Origin: the human T2T-CHM13v2.0 reference genome, Homo sapiens
Length of the DNA: 64,000 nt
Direction: 5' to 3' (one strand)
Assembly: GCF_009914755.1 (NCBI RefSeq)
Contig: NC_060925.1
Shown here piece by piece: positions 53,905 to 64,000 of the stretch; position 1 is the stretch's first letter; each line of letters opens with the position of its first letter. Under the pieces are notes generated by a model. It saw only the letters and a list, made by a program, of their open reading frames with translations. It was not told where the DNA came from and did not search any database. The position numbers were made by a program, and so were the translations under genes.

Positions 53905-56900
53905 GTTGCAAAATGGGAGAGTAGAAAGTTGGATTTATTAACCCTCCCCACACCACAGTGAACCAAAACAAATACACAGCATTGAGATGATCACCAGCAA
54001 TATTTCACAATTCAAATATGAGAATGAGACAGTTCTTAGGGCCACAGAGAAATTTAAAAATCTGAGATGGTAGAAGAATAAAAATTCCATGTCTATGATG
54101 CTACTCTCCCAATTCGTCTGCCACCCAAGTACATAAAAAATATCTCCCCAACTCACCGTTTCCTATTTCCACTAGGAAATAAGAGTTTAAGGTGAACAAC
54201 CAGCTTTCCCATCACCTTTGGTTCCCTGTCAAGATATCTGATTCTGTCTCAACACACAGGAAGCATTGCAAGTGCCTTAAAAGGAAGATAAATCTCAGAG
54301 GACAGCAAAAGGGAAGACAAAGAGAAGAAGTGAAACTACCTTCCCAAGCCCTAGAAACTCTGTAACTTGGCCAAAGGAAACACCAAACCAGAATGGCTAT
54401 TCGGCAGCACCATGTTGAAGGAGATATGTTCTATAGGTGCCCTGGGCATGAACCCCTAGCCAGCCTTTTCACACTGTAAGGATATCCCCTTTGGGATATC
54501 CCCAATTTGATATCAGCAGTTCTTTGATGATTTAGCATAACTGAGGCAAACCTGGTCCTAAGGCACCATCTATTACTGAAAAGGGAGCAGCAAACAGAAA
54601 ATTTGGGGAAAAAATTCAACACATAAATTATAAAGGATATCTAACAATATAGCCAATAAAAGCCAAAACAAATCATAAAGAGAAGAGTAGAATAAATAAT
54701 AATTCAGTGTAAATAAATAGATGGACATTCACAAGAAACATCAGCAAACAGAAAATCATGATGTCCTAGAATGGACAAAGCAAGGGATCACTGACTGATG
54801 ACAATGAGATGGTAATATTTGAGCTCTCTGATTAATAATTCAAAAATAGGAGTTTTAAGTGATCTCCAAGATAACATAGAAATGAAATTTGGAAATTTAA
54901 TGGAGAAATTGGAATAATAATTTTTTTAAAAAATTGGAGAACTGAGAAATATATTTGCTGAATGGAAAAATTCATTAAAGGCTGTCAACAACAGAATGGA
55001 TAGGAGAGGGGAAATAATGGCTGAGCTTAATGACACTGAACATACACAAACAGAGGAGAAAAAAAGAGAAAAAATGAAAATAATTGAAAATCACCTACAT
55101 GATATAGAAAATTACCTCAAAAGACCAAATCTAAAAATTACTGATATTCAAGAGGGAATTGAGCAGGAAAACGGAGTAGAAAGTTTACTGAAACAAATAA
55201 CCACATAAAAATTTTCTAAACTTGAGACACAAATAAGTGTCCAGGTCAGAGAACACTAAATAGATTTGGTCCAAATAAGGCCCCAACTCATATAATAATA
55301 AAATTCTCAAAAGTCAGGGACAAAAAAAAGGTCCTAAAAGCAGTAAGAAAAAAAGAAGCAAATAAAATAAAAGACAGCTCCAATTCCTCTAGCAACAGGC
55401 TTTCTAAATGGAAACCAATAGGTCAGGAATGAATGAGATGACATTTTCAAAGTGCTGAAAGAAAACAATTTTCATCCAAGAATACTTTACCCAGCAAAGC
55501 ACTCCTTCAAATATTCCTCAAATATTCTTCATATATGAGAAATAAAACATTTTTTTTAAGATAAACAATACCGGAGAGTTCACTACCATGAGATATATCT
55601 TACAAGAAATGCTAAAGGGAGTTATTCAGTCTGGAAAAACAAAACAAAACAAAACACTAGTGTGCAAAAGGAAAACATTTGAAAATATAAAACCAACTGG
55701 TAAAACCAAGGTCACAGACAAACCTAGAATACTTTAATACCATAATTGTGGTGTGCAATCCTCTCTTAACTTTAGGATGAATCCCGAAAATCAAATCTAT
55801 CAAAACAGTAAGAATTACTGCAACCTGTTAAGATATAGACAACATAAAAATAAATATAGTGAGATAATAAAAAGTCAAAATGGGAGAGGGGATATGGAGT
55901 TAAACTATAGATGTGTTTTTAAATTTTTTTTCTTTGTTTCTATTATTTTCTTTTTGATTAAAGATAGGCTGTCATCTCTTTTCAAAACATTTTTTTCTAT
56001 TAGATATTATTTGTAAGCTTCTGGTTAACCACAATGCAAAAAATCTATAATAGATTCACTTAAAATAAAAAGCAAAACATTAAAACATAGACCACAGAAA
56101 ACCACTTAACCACAAAGCAAGGTAGTAAGAAATGAAAAAGAGAGGAATTACAAAAGAATCAGGAAATAAACAACAAAATAGCAGCAACTCCCTGCTGAAT
56201 GGATGTAAACTCAATTCTCCAATTAAAAGACATAGAGTGGGCAGGGAGTGGTGGCTCACACCTGTAATACCAGCACTTTGGGAGGCTGAGGTAGATGAAT
56301 AACTTTAGCCCAGGAGTCTGAGACCAGCTTTGGCAACATGGCAAAACCCTGTCTTTACAAAAAGGAAAAAGAAAAAATTAGCCATGTTTGGTGGCATGCA
56401 CATGTACTCCCAGCTACTCAGGAGGCTAAAGTGGGAGGATCACCTGACGCCAGAGAGGTTGAAGCTGCTGTGAGTCATAATCACAGCACTGCACTTCAGC
56501 CTGAGCAACAGAGTGAGACCCTGGGGGAAAAAAAAAAAGCAAGACATAGAGTAGCTGCATAAATAAAGGAACAAGACCCAGGAGTGTGCTGCCTACTGAA
56601 ATCCATTTCACTTATAATGAGACACACAGGCTAAAAGTGAAGGAATAGACAAAGATATTCCATGAAGGTGGAAATAAAAAAAGAATAGGTGTAGCTATAT
56701 TTGTATCAGATAAATTAAACACCAAGTCAAAGGCTATAAAAAGGGAAGAAGAATGTTACTATATAATGGTAAAATGGTCAACTCAGCAAGAGGATATAAC
56801 AATTTTAAATATTGTATATGCTCAACCATGGAGTGCCAAAGTATATAAAGCAAACATTAACCAATCAAAAGCAGGAAATACAATAAAATATAATAATAGT

Positions 56901-59390
56901 GGGTGACTTCACCACCCCACTTTTAGTAATGAACAGATCATTCAGACAGAAAATTAACCAAAAAAATTGGAGTTAAACTGCACACTAGAACAAAATGGCC
57001 TGACATTTACAGAACATGTAACCCAACTGCTGCAGAATACACATTCATTTTATCAACACATGGAACCTGCTTCAGAATAGACCATATCTTTGGCCCCAAA
57101 ATAATCTCAACAAATTCAAAAAAGTAGACATCATATCAAATATCTTTTTGGCCACAATAAAATAAACTAAGAAACAAATAACAAGTATTTTGGAAACCAC
57201 ACAAACACTTGGAAATTAAACAACATGCTCCTGAATGATGAATGGGACAATGAAGAAACTTTTAAAAATTTATTAAATAAAAATGGAAATACTGCATAAA
57301 GAAATCTACCAAATACAGCAAAAGCTGTACTGAGAGGAAACTTTATAGCAATAGTAGAAAGACACAACCTAACAACACAACCCCAGTGCACCTCAAGACG
57401 TAGAAAAGCAAGAACAAACCAAACTCAAAATTAGTGGAAGCAATAAATAAATAAACATATAAATAAAATCAGAGCAGAAATAAATAAATTTGGAACTATA
57501 AAAAAGAAGAATGAAACAAAAAGTTGTTTTTTAAAGGATAAACAGAATTAACAAGACTTCATCTAGACTAACAACAACAACAAAAAAAAATAAAGAAGGC
57601 CCAAAATATAAAATCAGAAACTAAAAAGACTTAAACAACTGAGAAAAGTTAAATAGAGACTATAATGTACAACTACACAAAAATATAAATATAATAAAAA
57701 ATAGAAAATCTGAACAAACAAATAACAAATAAGGAGACCTAAGCCATAATAAGAAGTTTACAAACAAAGAAAAGCCTAGGATATAATGGCTTAACTCCTG
57801 AATTATTTCTAATGAAGAACTAATAGCAATTCTACACAAAACCTTCAAAAAAAGTGAAGAGGAGGGAATACTTCCAAACTCATTCTGTGAGGGCAACATT
57901 ACCCTGATACCAAAATCAGAGGACACATAAAACAACAACAAGAGCAACAACAACACTGCAGGGCGATATCCCCAATGAACATAGATGCAGAAGTCCTCAA
58001 CACAGTACTAAAAAATCAAATTGTAGAACACATTAAAAATATTATTCCCCATGATCAAGTGGGATTCATCCCAGGTATGCAAATATAGTTTAACTCACAC
58101 AAATCAATCAATGCAATACATCATATTCAAACAACCAAGAACAAAAACCATATGATTATTTTTATTGGTACTGAAAATCATTCAATAAAATTTAACATTC
58201 CTTTATGATAAAACCTCTAACAAAGTGGGTAGAGAAGGAACATACCTCAAAATAATAAAGGCCATATATGACATGTCCACAGCTAACATGAGACTGAACA
58301 ACAGAAAATTGAAAGACTTTCCTCTAAAGATGTACCAAGACACGGGTGTTCACTTCTACCACTTTTATTCAACATAATACTTGAAGTCCTGGCCTGAGAA
58401 AATAGGCTAGATAAAAAAATAAAGGGGATACAAACTGAAAAGAAATAAGTCACATTAGCCTTGTTTGCAGAGAACATAATGTTAAATTAGAAAAAAACTT
58501 AGTCTTCAAAAAATTGTTAAAATTGGAAAAGGAATTTAGTAAAGTAGTAGGATGCAAAATCAAGATACAAATAGCAGTAGCATTCATATATGCCAACAGT
58601 GCACAACTGAAAAATAAACCAAGAGAGCAATCCTATTTGCAATAGCAAACATGGAATATAAAATATCTAGGAATCAACTTAACTAAAGAAGTGGAAGATC
58701 TTTACAATAAAAAACTATAAGACACTAATGAAAAAATTGAAGAAGGTATAAATAAATGGAAGATAGCCTTAGAATTAGAAGTAATATTGTTAAAATAATA
58801 ATATTTATCAAAGCAATTTACAGATTCAATGCAATCCCCATCAAAATTCAAATGACATTCTGCACGGACTAAAAAAATCCTAAAATTTATTTGGAACCAC
58901 CAAAGACCCCAAATAGAAAAGCAATCCTGAGCAGAAAAAGCAAAGCTGGAGGCATCACACTGACTTCGAAATTCACCACAAAGCTATAGTGGACAAATCA
59001 GCATGGCACTGTCACAAAAACAGACACATAGACCAATGCAACAAAATAGAGAATATAGATATAAGTCCACGCATTTACAGTCAACTGATTTTCTCTAAAG
59101 GTGCCGAGAATGTGCACCAAGAAAAGGACATTTTCTTCAATAAATGGTTCTAGGCAAATGAGGTAACTATATGCAGAAGAATGAAACTAGATCCCTACCT
59201 CTCACCATATGCCAAAATCAACTCAAAATGGATTCAATACTTAAATATAAAACCTGAATAATAAAACTATATTTTGGGGGCAAGACCTCAAAAGCACAAG
59301 TAATACAAGGAAAAATAGACAAATATGATTGCATCAACACTAAAATCATCTATGCAACAAAATAAACAATCAATGAAGTGATGAGACAAT
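53905..59390 (+). mobile_element. Near full-length L1MA-age LINE (5'UTR, ORF1, ORF2), 3' end missing
   Basis: ORF1 peptide (ENHLHDIENYLKRPNLKI..GVESLLKQI). Degenerate EN region (atagtgggtgacttcaccacccca) and RT region (gatcaagtgggattcatcccagg; ttgtttgcagagaacat). Many stops. Confidence 0.9.
56240..56540 (+). mobile_element. AluJ inserted at the start of L1 ORF2
   Basis: Dimer with J diagnostics. Perfect TSD aagacatagagt (56227-56238, 56541-56552). Confidence 0.92.
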
Positions 59391-59809
59391 GGTATTTGTT
59401 CTATCCATACAGAAATATAAATAATCTTAAACATTAAATTTTCATTCAGATAATTTTATGAACTCATATATTAATTTCAGTGATTTGTCTGTAGATTATT
59501 TTATATATTGTATAGTCATAATTAAAATACTGAACATGTGCACTCAAAGCTCTGCTCATAGCAAAAGTTTAACTATCACTTTTAGATATTTTACCATCTT
59601 CTTGCCTAAGTACTTCAAGTAAGATGTCCAGTATGCTTTTGAATGGAAATGATGACAGTAGAAATCGTTATCATGTTCCTGATGTCAGAGTGAAAGTTTT
59701 TAAAGATTTTACTATTAATGATCACGGTTTTTGTAAGTTTATTTTAATGACACTATCAGATTTAGAAATTTTTTTCTACATATATTTTACTAGGGTATCA
59801 TTTTGAATT

Positions 59810-60302
59810 TATTTTTAATTGACAACTGTACATACTCATGGGGTGCATGGTGATGTTTTGATACATATAATGTATAGTGATCAGATCTGGGTAATCAGCA
59901 TATCTATCGTCTCAAATATTTATCATTTCTATGTATTGGGAACATTCAATATCCTCATTCCAGTTATTTGAAACTATGTATTTTTGTGAGCTATAATATT
60001 CTTAAGTGGTATAGAACACTAGAACTTATTTCTCCTGTCTAACTGTAATTTTGTATCCTTCAACAAACCTCTGTATATTCCTCCCTTCCCAGTACCCTTC
60101 CCAGCCTCTAATATCCTCGGCTCTATTTTTACTTCTATGAGATCTGCTTTTTCAAACTTCCACATGAGTAAGAATATTCTTTATTTAACTTTCTGTTGAT
60201 AATAGCCATTCTAATTGAAGTTAGAAGATACCTCATTATGGTTTTGATTTGCATTTCCCTGATGATTAGTGATGTTGAGCATTTTTCATATATTTTTTGG
60301 CT
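59810..60302 (-). mobile_element. L1MA4-like 3' end fragment with internal deletion at ~60196
   Basis: gttttgatacatataatgtatagtgatcagatc.gggtaat...tttacttctatgagatc joined to tgataatagccattctaa. Confidence 0.82.
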
Positions 60303-60349
60303 AGGTTTTTTTAATCATGAGTGGTTATTGAATTTTATTATATTCACTT

Positions 60350-60753
60350 TTTTAATTTAAATAAGTTTGAGTAATTAATGATTTGCAAATCAGGCAGCCC
60401 CCAGAATTACAGCAGATTCAGAGAGACTCCAGCACAGCCATGTCATGGAATAAAATTTATAGATGAAGAAAAGGGAAATGAGGTACAGAAATCAGAAGTG
60501 AGGTACAGAAACAAATGGATTGGTTACAGCTCAACATTTGCCTTATTTGAACACAGTTTGAACACTCAGCAGTGCATGAGTGGTTGAGGTATGGCTGCTG
60601 AGATTGGACAAGACTCAGCTACTGTTACAGGTGAATACTCCTAAATTAGGTTTTCAATCTTGTGTGTCTATTATGTTAGATTACAGTTTGTCTGCAAGGT
60701 CTCAAATATAGAAGTACAGAGTTCTACTCAGGCCATATTAATTAACTTTAACA
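60350..60753 (-). mobile_element. MER57 (ERV1) 3' LTR
   Basis: gaagtgaggtacagaaac...gattggttacagctc..catttgccttatttgaacacagtttgaaca. Ends ...tttaaCA next to the polypurine tract (gttcccctctttg on + strand). Confidence 0.85.
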
Positions 60754-61605
60754 GTTCCCCTCTTTGGGTCATTTTCTGTTTTGAGAGAATGACCAAAACT
60801 TTAGTCATCGATGTCACTATTACCATCATAAATGTACTTACTTGGTCTTGAAACCTACTGGGAAAGAGTAGAACAGTCAGTTTTGCAAAGGTAGGAACAA
60901 GGACTGAGTAGAGGGTTATCTCCTATGCTGGAACGTCCTGTTTACAGGAGAAGAACAAAACCTGGTTTGTTGAACACATCTTTAAGGATCTATGTATTTC
61001 CTTAAAGTCTTAGTTTGATTATGTCACATTTTGCATAAGCAGCTCCATTTCTGTTTGGTTTGGTCTGTTGGGGCATTGTGCATGAGCTCAGCCCCCAAAA
61101 ATGGCCTCCCATAATTTTGTTTTAAAAAATTCACCCTTTTTGCTGAGATTCTCACTTAAGTGAGAGTGTGACCAAAGCTTGGGGCCTTAGCACCACTCTC
61201 AGGTACCATTATCTCGGGTTGCTGGTCTCAGCATGTCATTCATAGGTTACAGTGTCCTCATGGTTGTACATTTCTTTCAGCTCTGGTCAATCCAGTTGAA
61301 GAGAGACCATTTGACATTCTTGAGATGGCTATATACAAACATTTAAAACCTTTGAGAGAATATAGCATACAAGGGAGGCTATTATTATGACTAGTGGGAG
61401 GATAATACCAAGAGTTTGGCATATGCTCATTACCAGGGTCCCCATAAGCCAAACCACCTAAAGCCAAATAGATCAAAGAATGAGCTAGATAAAGAGTCTA
61501 TTAAATCCACGAAGCCGTCTCTTCATTAATCCCATACAACTGAATCTCTATAATACCTGATGTTTTCTCCATAGGCCATAAGTGCTAGCAGCTACACAGA
61601 TACTT
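60754..61605 (-). mobile_element. MER57-int-like ERV internal 3' region with env TM remnant
   Basis: PPT abuts the LTR. The - strand near 61490-61330 reads SSSFFDLFGFRWFGLWGPW, then a frameshift, then VMSICQTLGIILPLVIIIASLVCYILSKVLNVCI (transmembrane-like). Confidence 0.75.
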
Positions 61606-61738
61606 TAAATCCTCTTGTGAAAGTTATGCTGAATAATAGAATTGGCTGAACAGAGAAGTACTTTCTTTTTTCATGTGGAAATTTTACTTGTTTTTTATCT
61701 TTTGTTTGTCTTGTGCTGCATTAAAATAATTGAATTTT

Positions 61739-62040
<302 letters not shown>

Positions 62041-63589
62041 AAAAATTGAATTTCTAATGTTAAGTCACCTTTTTATTCTTGGAATAATCTAATTTGAGCA
62101 TATTCTATTATCTGTTTTATGTATCATTGACTGCTAATATTTCATTTACAATTTCCTATCTAATAAAAGAAATTTTCCTCTATTCTTATAGAAATGTCAA
62201 GTTTGATCTTGCTTTACTGTCCTCATAAGACAAGTCATGTGAAAGAGTTTTAGAAATATTGGGATTTTTAAAATAATTGATCAAATTTACTGCTAATGTC
62301 CTATGAATCTTTAGTTTCATGGGAAGATATTAAATTACATATTCAGTGTTTCTAATATTTATAGCAATACTAGGTTTAGTTTTCCATTGCTTAATTATGG
62401 TAAATGTGGTTTTCTGAAAATTTATTTAAATTATAAAAATAATCTACATAAAGTCTATTATTGGATGATTTTAAAATTACTATAATATCTTCAGTAATGT
62501 CCCCCTCTGAATATTAACATGGCTATTTATGCTTACTTGCATTTTGTCTTGATCAGAAATGGTAGAAAGTTATCAATTTTTTTGAATAGTCAAATTTGTT
62601 TTATTAATTTCTTCAATTTTATTTTTCTATTCTAATAAATTCTTATTTCACTTTTAAAAACTTTCTACTTCCTGATGAATTTAACTTCCATTTGTTTTTC
62701 AGCTTCTTGACGTAATGCTTAGTGAATTAATTTTCACATTTTTACCTACCCTAAAATAAATGCTTTAAAGACTAATTTCCCACCAAGCATGATTTTAACT
62801 GCATTCCATAAGGTTAACTTTTATATTTCAATATTTATTTAATTCAAAATATTTTCAGATTTTCATAGTGATTTCTTTGATCCTTTGGTTACTTAGAAAT
62901 TTCTGCTTGGCTTTTAAATACATTCATGGTCTGTGTTTTGGTTTGTAACTTGGTTCTATTACAGACAGAGATTGTACTTTGGATGTTTTCAATCTTTAGA
63001 AATTTGTTGTAGACACTTGCTCTAGGCAATTCCTGAGTTTTGTTTGTTTATTTGTTTGTTTGGTAAATACTCAATATGCACTTTAAATATATACCTAACA
63101 AAAATATTGTATTGAGGTTATTTTTAGTGTTAAAATAGTTATAGTTTGTATTATTTTCTTTATCAATGATTTCTCTATAAATTACTTAAGAATTATTATA
63201 AAAATTTCCATTTTATTGTAGATTCTTCTTTTTCTTATAATTATTTTTTTTTTACATGATGTATAAGGGAAAGTGATCTCGGTCTATGGGAATATTGTAG
63301 ATTGCCAAGTGCTACAAAAAGGTATGCAATGGATTTATAAGACCCTTTCCAATTTGCCCACAAATGAATAACTTGAAATAGTTATTACTGCCAATTATCT
63401 ATTTTAACCATATCGATGCTTGTCAAAATATACATGAGGAAATGTCTTTAAAAGCACTTATTTTTTAAAACAAATATTTAAATTTGATTTTCTTTAAATG
63501 TCAAATATTTCCTTTAAATTTTCTTTAAGTGCTTCTTTAAATATTCTTTTGAAGTTGAATATTTATTTATTTTTTATTAGCTTTGTAGA

Positions 63590-64000
63590 TTTTGTTTTTA
63601 ATTGACATAATAATTGTATATGTTTGTGGGTACAGTATGATATTTTTATACATATATGTATTGTGTAATGATCAAGTCAGCATAAAGAGCATATCTATCC
63701 TGTCAAACACTTGTCATTTATTTGTGGTAAGAACATACAAAATCTTCCCTTCTATCTATTTTTAAATGTACAACACATTATTGCTAACTATCATCACTCT
63801 ACCTTACAATAGAACACCAGAGGTTATTTCACTCATCTGACTGTAAATTTCTACATGTTGACCAAATTCTTAACAATCCCCTTCCCTCCTCCCCTCCCCA
63901 GCTTCTGGTAACAACTATTCTACTCTCTACTTCTATGAGGTCAACCTTTGTAGATTCCAAATAGAAGTGAGACCATATGGTATTTTTCCCTATTATACTT
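63590..64000 (-). mobile_element. L1MA5-7-like 3' end (continues beyond the window)
   Basis: ttaattgacataataattgtat...tgtgtaatgatcaa...ctggtaacaactattctactctctacttctatgag. Confidence 0.85.

Noticed and set aside
53905-59390. Possible active L1
   Set aside because: Both ORFs have many stops and frameshifts, an AluJ interrupts ORF2, and the 3' end is missing.
59390-60302. Idea that the antisense L1MA 3' fragment is the inverted tail of the upstream + strand L1
   Set aside because: The geometry does not fit twin priming, and the L1ME host is collinear on both sides of the fragment, so it is more likely an independent insertion.

Overview
Primate, most likely human, non-coding genomic DNA: AT-rich, CpG-depleted and mostly made of decayed interspersed repeats. 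I recognise L1 elements of several ages (HAL1, L1ME/MC, L1MA, L1P), L2 remnants, about ten Alu or monomer SINEs (J, S and Y classes), ERV/MaLR LTRs (MLT1, MSTA, MER52A, MER31, LTR8, MER39, MER57 plus internal sequence, LTR40/41-like), a rearranged Tigger2 DNA transposon and several microsatellites. No protein-coding gene, RNA gene, CRISPR array or new biological system is supported. The ORFs in the track fall in repeats or low-complexity DNA, or are short chance ORFs. The most notable observations are structural: a Tigger2 with a displaced transposase segment inside its left TIR, an L1MA that keeps both ends but lacks almost all of ORF2, a head-to-head inverted Alu pair 44 bp apart, a two-LTR MLT1 with internal sequence, and an unidentified ~300 bp segment ending in AATAAA plus an A-tail. 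Repeat family names come from my memory of consensus sequences, not from a search. Boundaries of the old repeats are approximate.
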